NCBI GenBank assembly: GCA_965644265.1
Contig: OZ286464.1
Span: 69,750,001-69,814,000, forward strand
From: Glycera tridactyla
Lineage: Eukaryota
Direction of reading: 5' to 3'
Length of the DNA stretch: 64,000 nt
The notes beneath the pieces were generated by a model that saw only the letters and a program-made list of their open reading frames with translations, did not search any database and had not been told where the DNA came from. Numbering within the stretch: the stretch's first letter is position 1; the number at the start of each line of letters is the position of its first letter. Positions 26,901 to 39,081 of the stretch are shown in pieces. Both the position numbers and the translations under genes were made by a program.

Positions 26901-29900
26901 TTAGCATTGACTCCGATTTGAGGTTTGAGTCTTTTCGAAAGTATGTAGCGGCCGGCTATTGAGACGACATGGCAGTAGAAGTGTTGGGTGGCGTCCAATC
27001 TCGAGCCAAATGGGCAAACAGTTCATTAAGCTGTGCATTCAAAATGGCAAACAGACAGCTTTGCCGGCCGTGTTTGTATTTCTGCTGCTTTTGTTTCCCA
27101 ACATGAATATAGTATGTACTCTTAACACTGTCCTGCAAGCTTGACCAAACTTGTCGGCGGAAGCAAACATCTGAGCAGGGGGCAAATAGTGTGTCGTTAA
27201 ATAGATTCCACTCTGACCCACCAGTAGTAATCAAGACCTGGGCGTGCTATGTATGACGTTCCGATATGGAAGAAATGTATAAGAGCATTTTAGTTGATGT
27301 GTTTTCACCGAAAAGCAGCCATGGTTAGCTTCACAGTAAGAATATATGAGTGGTATATTTTCTCGAAAGTAGAACGTTTTAATGTTTATTCAGTGTCACC
27401 TGCAGTATATCTGCATTAGGAGTGTGGCTATTGTGAATAAAGCCCATCTTGTGGTTAACTTCCTACTTTCCAGTTTGTAGTCATAACCCTCTGGTGAAAT
27501 TATTCATAAACATAATCAAATCAAACTGTCAGCACTTGTATAATAAGGCTAAGGTGGAAGATTTGGCAGATTTGACATGATGGATTTTTTATATGTTATA
27601 TATACATTTCGATGCAGAGCGGATACTGCAAGAAAGAATGTGACAAGGTGCAACATGGAGAATATGACCATGTTCTGAAGAGTCAGCCATAGAAATAAGC
27701 AGAGCAGATGTGATTGATTTCTGATGATAATCTGGTCTGCTTTCAAGTTGGTTGGATTCATCTTTGACTGACTAAGTAATCTCAATCTAGGAAGAACACC
27801 CATGAATTCGAATATTCTAGAAATTCTTGGTAGTCTCAAACAAATTTGAAAGCCATGGAATTGTTTGATTTGACATTCGCTTCTAAATTTTGCAACGGTT
27901 TTGACAATATTCTAGTAAATGTTGGATCTATGGGAACATACAGAAGGGTCCCACTTGAATGTTCATTTTTGAGATACTTTATGGACCAACCCAAATATGA
28001 GGATAACTGCAACATCAGAAAAAGAAAAAATCGCAAATGATTTTGTTAGTTGCCATTGATGAGACTTTGGGCATCATCTTCATTATGTTTCTTAATTTGG
28101 TCCTCATGGCTGAGGTACAAGACAGAACATGAAGGGTTGTTGTGTACATTCAAAGGGACTGTCGACTGAACTGCCGTGGAGTGCTATGCTTACTCTCGCG
28201 GGAGTTTCATGAGAGAGTCAAGGCATTTCTCATCGCAGGCTGCGTCAATATGTGCACAAAGTATCACTCTGTACATTCCACCATAACATGCTCGAACCCG
28301 GGTCATTGTTTGCTCTACAATGCCCAGTCATTGGCTGAGCTACCTGTTCTCAATTTGATGTTCCAATTCGCACAATGCAAACCGAGGAGTTTGAGATTGA
28401 CAGCCAGCACACCTTTGTTGCCACCGGCGACAGAGTCAGCCATTTGTGATATTGTTCCACATTTGTATTGAGTATGCTCACAATTTCTCCCCTGCAGGTA
28501 TTCTTGATGATTTTCATGCAGTTCCTGAAATGATCTTGAGTTCCCGGATATCACCAAAGTTTCCTCACTTGATCACCCTCTTTCTATAAAAATTTGCTAT
28601 TTTTTAAATTGTTTACTTTTGCTCTGATTTCAGGTAAGAGATTATGACTGAGTGCGGGGTGAAGCTTAGAGGTAAAAATTGATATTTTCCACATATTTCC
28701 GCATTTAGACAGTAGTATTTATGTTGAAGAATTATTAGTGGAATATTATGTTCTGGAACTCTCTGAAACTTAAATGGAAATGGCTGGAAAATTGCGAAGG
28801 CTTTGGCGTAAATCTTCTAGTCACTTGTGGGTTTCAGTAGACTAGCCCAGCTTTCAGACATCTCGAGTGAGTCAAGGATAGTTGGAGATGCATTGTTGGG
28901 GAAATCTTGGTCATCATTAGGAGCCTCGTTCTGACGTCCTTCGTGTCAATCTTGTCAATATTGGCCGAGAAATGATTTAACCTCGCATCAGCTGCCCCAT
29001 TGACATGACTAACAATGTCAGCCGCCAATAATTTCATATTTCCTCGGCTTTGTCGTAAATTGCCGGTCGGCCGTGGCATGTCGTCACCCGGCGCGCATGC
29101 GGGATCAATGCGGGTCAATATTTCTTGGCCTTGCCTAGGAAACGTGTGCCATATTCGCCGCATGACGTCCTCTGCAAAGGTTAATCACCTCGCTGGACAA
29201 TTGTCACCCGGAAAGCTGACATAATTCGCTTGTCATATTGCGCAAATTATCCCCGTTCTTGATCTTGTTGTCATAGTCGTTGCTTGGTGAAGTGCATAAA
29301 CCGATGAGGCTGTCCGAATTTGACAGAATCTTGTTATCATACTTTCAAAACTAATCATTTTATTGTGGATAAGATTTCCACTCAAATTCAATTTCACTCA
29401 TATTTGCTGTGTTATCTATTCCTTAGTTTACTGAGTATAGTATTGTTCATGTAAGAGATTGTGCAATGTGGTTTCTGAAAGAAAAATGACAATGGCTGAT
29501 TCTGCCCAAATACATCTTGGTGATTTCTATGCAAGAGATGGTGCTGTCCATCTCTGCTATTGTCAGGATGAGATGATGGGCAAAGGGCTAGCATCGCATG
29601 CAGTTGAGGGTTCGCTACTTCGCCCCTCCTTGTCAACTGTGTAGGGTCAGGACGAATGCCCCCCAGCATGACCTACTGGGCCAGAGGGCACCAGGAAGGT
29701 GACAGAAAACATGGGGACCCAGTCCTAAGAGGCGATTGTAAGCCTGTCATTTGCTCACTTGTTGAGCGCCCTACACTGCTGATACGGCTAGCTTTGCCCT
29801 CCTCCCCGTTAGTGCTCTACCCCAATGCTGATTGGATGATTACACCTGATTAACCATCTCTCCTTCAAAGTAAGTTTTGCTCAATACATGAAATTTCATT

Positions 29901-32900
29901 TAGACTATTTCAGAGTTAATTTCATGGGTATAGCCCCAGAATGTTTTGTTCATTCGATGAAATTCCATTAAAGAGTTAATTTTTCGGCTAGTAGCTAATG
30001 CTATGCAATGTTGATTGATTTCAAATCATTCCAGACATTGATTTCTCAGGTGTGCTTCCATTGATAAAGCATAGAAGAGAGATAAAGATGAACTGGTCTC
30101 CATTTTTGTCTGGAGTCATATCCCAGATAACATCAAAATTGCCCATGAATCATTCCGCGGAAAACTGACCATGTTGAAACTTATATGGTTCAAAGTTTCA
30201 GTGTCAATGATCATATTGATTTAGTATGCAGGGGAAATTCAAGATGGCTGCCTTGTTAGATTCGATGAAAGTACCACCTGGTCAAACACGGATCCTTATA
30301 GAGGGAAGGGCTGTATATGAACTTATCTATATGTTGTGTTTAAATATTATTATAAACTTCTTGTATGTATCTCTAACCTTCTTCAGACAGAGCCGCGTCT
30401 ATCCCATAATAGTCAAACATAATATCCTTTGTGACACCTTCGCCCATTCTTACCGCATCTACTTGAAATGCGTGACAGCTATCCCCTTTCTCCGCCGGAG
30501 GAATATTCAAACTCGCATTGCCTTATGCCAATATTTTTTGAGAAAATACAAGCGAATGTTTAATGATAAATTCCAGCTTTGACAGATTCAATTGTCAGTT
30601 TTATAATACATTGAAAAGCATTCCATCACACGTCGCCACAGAAAAACAAGATGTCCATCTCAGTTTGCTTGCTTGTCTTAATAGGATTAAAAATGTTCCG
30701 ATAACAATTTTGCTGTAAAAACCGTGACGGATGGTGGGCAAAAATAGAATGGATGAACATTGTGATTTTGGTAAATGCTCTTTGCGTGGTACATCTTCTT
30801 TTGAAGAGGTGTTGCCGGGATGATTATTGTTGTCCACAGATGTCAGTTTGATTTGTCTAGACTTTTTTGCTTTCTTGTATCAGTTTGAAGTAAAAATAAA
30901 GATTCATCATGGGCTAAAAGAATTACACCACGAAATGTAGCTCTGCTTTGACCCTTCCTCACGTAGTAGGCTTTACACTATGACTGTAGATTTTAGAATA
31001 TGACTGAACAGAATTCTGATTTGGAATGGATGAAAATTTTGATTTTTGCTGGATGAAGACTTCAGTGATGTTTTTTGAATACTTGATGTCATGTTTGACA
31101 CTGTCAAATGCTCTCTTAGTCAACAAGGCCTTATCAGTGATTGACTTTTCGAAGTAACTGTTGCACATCTTTAGATAGCCGTTAAGATGCATGCGACCTT
31201 CAGCTGGATGCACGACCTTTGCTGCCCTCTCACGACCTTGAGGGAGGGGCACTTCTATCTGCCCAGTAGCCCGAGGCGAAAGCAACCTGCTGCTGATGCC
31301 TCGTGTAAGCTGCAGCTTCATGTAGCAAGTGGGATACACCCCCATGTGAGCCAGCAGGTGGACTGACCTTGTATTGAATGAAGAACGACCTTGAGGTCAC
31401 CGTTGAACTGTCTCACCACTGCCTCTCCACGGGGAAAACAAATTCAGTTGCCCAAGCCTACAAGTACTTGTCTGAATAAGAAGCTTAGTGACCTCTTTGA
31501 CCTTCTCTACAGGATGAGTTGACCTCTAAGCCTGACTGGTGACCTTCAAAAACAACCAGTTATGACCTCTGCACAGGCCTGCTGTCCTAAATGATATTGA
31601 CACGTCATTGAACTTTGACCTGATTAATGTCCAGTCTTTTTGGTTAATTTCTCCAAGAACATTGAAAATTCATATCCTGCATGAATAACATTGGCTTGAC
31701 TCTTCCTGTTCAAAAATTAGCATTTCTAACACATTTATCAATCAAATGTTCTCAAATGTGTGTAATTCAGTGCAGTGCAAATTAAGTGAGAAAACCTTCT
31801 TGAGTTTTTTTGCTTTCACACAATATCTTGGACAGCATTGATCACACAAAACATGGACAGGGGTCAGAAATCTCCTACCTGTGAGGTGAGAAAACACCCA
31901 GGAAATACAACATGGCCTCCTCTCCGGGTTCATATATTGTCATCATTAAAATGGAGCAACAGGTGAATCTCTTGTTCATGCCCAGTGTTCGAGTTAATTT
32001 CAAAGTATAATATTTGCAGTCATACACAACAGCCGACACTGACGCCCCCGCCGCTTTTTGACACATTACCAGCATTTATTCTGTCATGCTCATTGTATAC
32101 GCTCTCCTAAAACCTCGACTCATCTCAAGCCCCCGGCTCATCCATCTTTGTAGTTGACACCTCTCCAAATGGTTTCCTGCTCGATTTCCGCGCAGGTTGT
32201 CAATTGGTAGCCGACGCACAACTGTTCGGTTTGAGTCGGTTTCTGATGTCCCGGGTATCACTTTCTTGGATTTTGATGTTGTCGAAGTTTTTGTTCAGTT
32301 GTAAATTTTCTTCAATGGTGGAAAAATTGCAAAAATTTGTCTTTACTGGTGCAGCTCAATTTGAGTCCTGTGTGTCTTTTCTTTCATCTTTTCAAAGATA
32401 TGATATGTTACCCTTGCTCACTGTTCATGATTTCCACTGGGCCAGGGGTGTTCACAGTGTTGGTGCTCGTGAATCTTCATTTTCCTAGGTGAATATCTGA
32501 TTATGAATGAGTTGAATCATTTAATCTGTGAGTTAAAGGGTGCATGTAAGGGGAAATAATACTTTAAAATGATGAAGAAATGCATAATTCACCAAGATTT
32601 GATGATATTCATTGTTGATCCATCTCCATTGGTGAGAGCAGATACCAAACTGGACATTTGATTCACAACTTTCGAGATCGTATTTCTTATTTATGATGGT
32701 TTGCAAACCACATTCAGCTAGAAAAAATGCACCCGAGCATTTATGATGGGTGTCATCTTGGGGCGTTAATTTCTCAATGATATTTGATATTCATTCAGCA
32801 TGGCCAGCCAAGTGGAAAGAATCATTTTATAACCAGATGCAAATGTCCTGCAAGTGTGTGCATCGCTCCGAGTGCATTTTTCATCGGGAATATGTGCAAA

Positions 32901-33783
32901 GGCAAGAATTTGCGATGAATAGTCGTTTAGTCCGAGATGTCTCTCCATACGAGTATTATAATCCGCCGGGTTTGATATTTTGAGGCGAAACAAGTCGGTC
33001 ATCGAGAATAGACATGTATTATATTAGCGGTTATAACACACTGGTGATATGTAACTGATATTTTATATCGCACCATGCCGATGAATAGGCTTTGGTTTGA
33101 TGCACTGACATCCGTCATACTCGCCGACTTGCACAATGAACCTGTTTGGCGGCCATAAATATCCACATCAGAATAGAAAGTTGAATTCATTGTACGCATC
33201 ACTTAGAAACCCGATCACGCACATGCGAGATTTCGACATCGACGATGATGATGAACATTTTTCAAGGTGCATTAAAAGACAGCGCATGTTTTCAGTGCAT
33301 ATTTGCTTAATTCCAGGGTGGGCTCGAAAGGGAGGTGAGGGGTCTATAGAAATCGGTATGTTATTCGATATCATGAAATGCGAGGTTAAAAGCATTAGTG
33401 TCGCATCACCTCAGCTTAATATTCACTAAATGAACCGCCGTAATATCCATCCATAATTGGATGGTTTAGATTTCACCTTATTCATATGCGACCAAATCTA
33501 TAAAAATGTCTGCCTTGTCGGTGATAAAAATGTTACTTGAGGGGCATGACAAAGTTGTTTACATAGCTCGAGGTGAGAAATGAAAGCTTTGTGGCTTTTG
33601 TGCAAAATTTCTATTACAAGTACACATGAAGTGTAGAAAATATGATGAGGTTTTATGCATAGCAGATGCCATTCATTGCTATGGGTTTCCATATGAGCTT
33701 TTCTTGGTGTTGGATTTGAAAAGCAGAGTTTAAAAGCAGGCAATAGATAAAACATTTATTCAGGATTTGATACAGGTTAGGAG

Positions 33784-34125
33784 TTTACTTTACTTCACTT
33801 GAGTAGTCTTGACTTACTTTACTTTACCGAGAGAAGCCTTGACTTGCCTTCCTTTACTTTACTGAGAGAAGTCTTGACTTATTTTACTTCACTTGAATAT
33901 GCTTCCTTTACTGTACTTTACTTTACTTTACTAAGAGAAGCCTTGACTTGCCTTCCTTTACTTTACTGAGGGAAGTCTTGACTTATCTTACTTCACCTGA
34001 ATATGCTTCCTTTACTTTACTTTACTATACTTTACTTTACTGAGAGAAGCCTTGACTTGACTTCACTGACAGAAGCCTTGACTTGACTCCCTTTACTTTA
34101 CTTTACTTAGAAAAACCTTGACTTG
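33784..34125 (+). repeat. Hierarchical pyrimidine-rich minisatellite (TTTAC pentamer, ~30-bp unit, ~104-109-bp higher-order unit)
   Basis: (G/A)AGAGAAGCCTTGACTTG restarts at 33829, 33933 and 34042, with TTTAC runs between. Confidence 0.92.
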
Positions 34126-37100
34126 GCTTTTTCATCATATTTCCCAAGACCATATCTGTCTAATGGGTGTTTCGAATGAGCATCTTGGATGTTTAAATTC
34201 TGAGTAGCGAACTGACTGATGGCAGATTTCAGAGACGGCTGATCCCCGGCCGCGATTGCGATCTTTATTTTTGTGAGTATGTATCTGATTAGGCGTGCTG
34301 CGGTGGCAGGTGGAGGAGTTTATATTTGCAGCTAATTACAGGTTATAATATAACTTGAAAGGGCAAGATGGCCCAGATACGTGATATGCGTTCATAAATT
34401 CATCTGCCATATTTCACGAGATGAGCCGCTCTCGCAATTATTAAATGAGTAAACAGAGGCTCGGCGCGATGAGACGGCAGCGTCCGGCAGTGGATTAATC
34501 GAGGGAGCAGCGGCCGGCCGCTCGTTAATCATGTTTTAATATTGAGCTTGGGTTCCGTTCACCATCATAATTCACCTCTGGCGGCTAGCCAGGTGTATCT
34601 GAAACCTGCACGCGTGATCCACGCCATTGGTCCATCTGTCATCGCTCATTCTGTCGCGCGTTAAGAAAATCCGTCCACACGCAGGGCGTAGGAATCGAAA
34701 CTGTTAATAAACATCGATGGCTGTCCACTCAATCATTTTTACATTGAGCGCGTGTCAGCGAGAGAGACATCGAAGAACAAATACATTTATGCAGCCAGCT
34801 GAGTTCAGTAGATCAATTACCCGGCATATTCAGGCAAATAGACACCCAAACACCATGTCCCTTACTTTTCCTCCGCTCTATCTTGGAATGTAAAGTCGAG
34901 GTCTTTTATGCATGTTGCTGTTCACATTGAGGTTTCTTTTTCATTTTGTTTTGTACGGTGTATTTGTAAAAAGCAAGCATTCCAAAGTCCTTGAAATGTT
35001 CTTTCTCAAAAACAGCTGCTTAATATTCAAGGGATGATGGAAAAGTGTTTGGGGAAAACCTGCTAATTGTTCATCACAGGTTGCACCGCATCATTATTAT
35101 TGTTATATTTTCAATGTCAGCATTGTTAGTGGCATCATCATCAGAATCATCATCAATATCATAATCATACTTATCATTATAATCAGCGATCGTTATAGTC
35201 TTGTGCAGTTTGCTGCTTTTTAATGAGAAAAAAGTTCATCCAATATGGCTGCCACCTGAGCCATTGTAAGTGTGGCCCTCTATATGGTCAGTGTGTGGCC
35301 TATACTCTATTGGCATGGTAACATGAATCTGGGAGATATGGCCGATGGACAGCTGAATGGAAGATATAAATTTGATGTCAGGCAAAATATGTGCCGAGAG
35401 AGATGCATTTGAATGGCGCCATTGTTGTCCAATGTCATGAGGTCAGCCGTAGTGGCATAAACCAGCAAATCTGGTTACTTCATTGTGCCGCCTCATATGA
35501 AAATAATATCCACGCCACAATGTAGCGCATGCGAAACGTTAGCCGCGCTTGTCATCTCGCTGACAACTCGCGTATTGCTGTGCGGCAATAACCAATAACT
35601 GTCGAGAGTGACTGCTTTCTTGCAGAATGCCCTATGCTTCGCTGTCCCTTGCATCATTGAGCAAAAACCCACCTCGTCTAATCATTGTGACTTTTGGTCA
35701 AAAATGTACCCACACTCGAAAATGTGATGGCAATTTTTTGGGGGGTGAAATTAACATACTTCCTGTGATGTGATGATGACAAATTTCGAAATCAAATTTT
35801 GCTTTTTGTTCAAGATTTATATATTTGAGAAAAAAATTATGTTAGATTTAAGTTGCTCAGGAAGTTGCTCACAATGTGATTGAGTGGTTTTCTTCATTAG
35901 AAGATGGTGACACATGGCTGAGACTCAACAAATCATTGATCATGACAATGCGATCACTTCCCATCCGGCTTGTGTTCGGGGTTTATGAGAGTGATGCCTA
36001 GAGGGACAGAGCATCTAGCTATCATAGACCCACATCCTGGTTCTTTTTACATTAAAGGAGGCTGTATGAATGACCGTGCTGCTACATTGCAAACAAACAG
36101 TGGATGCCATTGCACCCACTTGTACGATTGCTGGTGGTCGAATTGCAGCCAGGTCACCAAGGTTAATTTCAATTACGGTGCATGCGATACTTCGATACTT
36201 TCCATGTTTGAACTGTATCGCTCTGGCAAGCTCGCCATAAATATCATATTCCAACTTGTTGACCTGTGAAGCCATGCTTAAGACCACATAGATGGCATGT
36301 TCGGGAAGCCCTAGGCGAGCCTCAATCTGACCGCCGTCTCCGCTTGCCACGGGCTTCCCGGGATGCCCTTCGTGGCCAATTTATCGGTGCGCTGATGGCG
36401 GGATATGAAATTAATAAGTGAGTATGAGATTGAGAGTGCCAGCGCTGATTTGATCACGGATTGCTGCGGACAAGCTATAAAGAGGTGGTGGTGATGATGG
36501 CCGCCTCTCTCATCGTCATCGTTGTCGTCTCGTCTTAACCATCGACCAACTTGCTATGTTGCTATTCTGTGTCATCAAGGTCACGTGACCAGGTCAGGCA
36601 CTCGATACAGTTTTCTTATCACATTAATTCATCTCAAAATTTATACATCATTATGCAATTTGTATTGATTTCTCGCACATGAAGAGGGCAATTCATATCA
36701 ATTTTGCAGATAGAGAGATCATGACACATTCGTTTTTCTCCTAAAGATTTTTGGTTCCATTCAATTTATGACTGAAAATGAGTTATTCATTGTCTTTCCG
36801 ATGAAATAAAATATGGATGAGTCCTGATATTGTGCAGAATGGTAGGCAATACAAAGGGAACAATTGATATGGAAAATTTCAGCATCCGAATGTGTGTAGA
36901 CAAGGTGAAAGTGTCGACCCATACTCTTTGCTTGTGGGCACTCTTTTGGAGAAATGGTAGAGATCATATAAAAATATGGCAAGCATTACATATGACTACC
37001 CTAGGATGGTATGTGAATAGCGAATAGAGAATAGTGACGTCCAATTATTGAGTGAAATCGTCTTGTTAACTACGAGTATTTACTCTGTAAACCACTCATC

Positions 37101-37340
37101 ATTTCTTTTGATGATCTCAGGCTGACTTCTCCACAGACATAAATCATCTGTCAGCAACATATGGTGGGAATGAATTATATGTCGGTAATCAATTCTTAAA
37201 TATTTCACACTTGTTTGCCCCGAGCACATGTGGTGAAGATCTCGCACTGAAGAACTGAAGAAACGGTGAATAAGTAAGAAATGAAAATAAATAAAGGGGC
37301 CAGTAAGATTCATGGTAATTGGTATTCCACCGTAGCCAGC

Positions 37341-37475
37341 AGCCAATCAGGAAGGAGCGGAAGGTCGGGGAGGTCAGAGGACACTGGCCCCGAGCCCAGG
37401 TCAGAAATGGAAATGGTGTAGAATCAAGATGGCTGATGTATAAAACAGACGACTCATAACATTCAGACTCTCTTG
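37341..37475 (+). promoter_or_regulatory. Candidate Pol II promoter (CCAAT box, YY1-like motif, TATA box, initiator-like CA)
   Basis: AGCCAATCAG 37341-37350; CAAGATGGC 37425-37433; TATAAAA 37439-37445; ACATTC with A at 37471, 32 bp from the TATA. Motif match only. Confidence 0.4.
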
Positions 37476-37539
37476 CTCTCGCCTGCCATACTTTAAACTC
37501 ATTATTTACCTTGAAAGGGGTCTTTTCACTAGTATTTAT

Positions 37540-37615
37540 ATGCCATCAATTTCAGAGATCATGCTCCCAATTACTGTAGTTTCTGGAGAAAATTATCGCA
37601 ACTCGAGAACATCGG
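37540..37615 (+). CDS. Speculative alternative first coding exon (MPSISEIMLPITVVSGENYRNSRTS + 1 nt), in frame with the spalt exon
   Basis: First ATG after the candidate TATA. Open for 76 nt to CGG|GTGAAT (phase 1), matching the phase-1 acceptor at 41786. No homology support. Confidence 0.22.
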
Positions 37616-38920
37616 GTGAATCTACAATTTGGTGAAAATGGTCAGCTGCAGTTTCAGATTTCTGCAGTTACCAATACAAACATGCATTTCGCCGCTGATT
37701 CACTACACACATGCCGCTAATTGGCATTGCCTTCTTTTGAAATCCAAAATCACCCTTTCAAGTGTGAAATTTATTTCTAGATGTGAAACCTCAACATTTG
37801 ATGATGGGTGTTCTGCAGAATTTGCGGTGTCATGATCATTGGATTGGTCTCTGGACCCTGTTTCTCAATGCTCCCTCATGACTTCCATGATCATGGACAT
37901 GAATGAATTTGGCAAATTACGACATGGAATGGAAGTTACAGGGTTGGTAGATACAAAGTCAAACATGTCAACAAAACACATTCTTGGCTTTTTGGAAAAG
38001 TGGCCTCGATAGACATTTTGGCCTTGAAAAAAAAAATTGCCTTATTAGAAAGATGGCTCCAAGTACAAATTACTCTTGTGAGATATGCTCAGAGGTGGTC
38101 TTAGTTTGTGATTGTTCTGATTTTTATTGGAGACCATAACCAATGAGGAAATCATGTCCTCCATCTTTACGATTTAGTGAAACCTACCACAAACTTTTAT
38201 TCCTGTATGGCAGTGGTTTGTGTTCACATGAATATATTCATCACTGGTAGATCGTCATGTTCAATCCATACATATTCTCCGCGGTGCTCGATGCCATCAT
38301 ATAAATCGTGTCATATGACGAATATAAACTGCCCAACGCATATTGAGGACCTGTGTTCTGTATATTTAGTGCGAGAAGTGTGCGTGTCCAGTGACTCAAT
38401 CACGTGACTAGAGCATGCACTCTTGTTGTCAGGTCCGTTTCACTCTCCGTTCGATGCGACCATAATTGATACGGTCATATGGAGATCCCCAGCTTTCTCG
38501 GGGTCTCTAGATTTGCTGTGAATGTCATCGCGGAGTGGACGTTTATGAATCATAATTGGCGCGACTTGAGGCGCTGATGGTGTGTTGATTTCACCTAGGC
38601 AACGCCAGCGCATATTCATGAAGCAAAATGATGCTGGCTTATCGTGGCCACAAGCAGGCTGTCATAAAGTTTTGCCGATGTTGGATCACACCTGAATTTC
38701 ATTTCATAATTCAGGCTAGTTCAGTAATTCTCGTGAATATTTTGTATTTCAAGCCACATCTTAATTTCATGTACATTTTGTATTTCAGTCAACTTGAGTT
38801 TCCAAAGTACATTTTTTCATGCTTACTATTTCATCTCAAATTACCAAATTAGGGTTGCATCCAGAGGGGCATGGGCATTCCACATAATATGTCCTGTTTG
38901 GCCCCTTTTCAAGGCACATA

Positions 38921-39081
38921 CAGTTGAACTCGTCCTAAGCGAGAACTTGTCCTAAGCATGTGGATTCTGTTCATTCCGTCAGAGTTTTTCACTATATTTG
39001 ATCTGTACTAAGCATGACTTTGCTGTGAGCACACACATTTTTTTGTGTCCCATGGGCTCATGCTTAGGACAAGTTTGACTG
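38921..39081. mobile_element. MITE subfamily C (same TIR class, different interior)
   Basis: TA-CAGTTGAACTCGTCCTAAGC ... GCTTAGGACAAGTTTGACTG-TA. Confidence 0.8.

Noticed and set aside
27130-27150. CRRKQT-coding stretch as the NuRD motif
   Set aside because: No initiating ATG directly upstream and no KP.
27540-28560. Possible decayed retroelement or pseudogene (several overlapping short ORFs)
   Set aside because: No RT, endonuclease or transposase motif recognised; would need BLASTX to revive.
31208-31366. Frame containing PRRKQP with a possible phase-1 donor (TCGT|GTAAGC) as spalt exon 1
   Set aside because: The SALL motif sits at the extreme N-terminus as MSRRKQxKP. Here RRKQ is 22 residues after the ATG and lacks the KP; likely chance.
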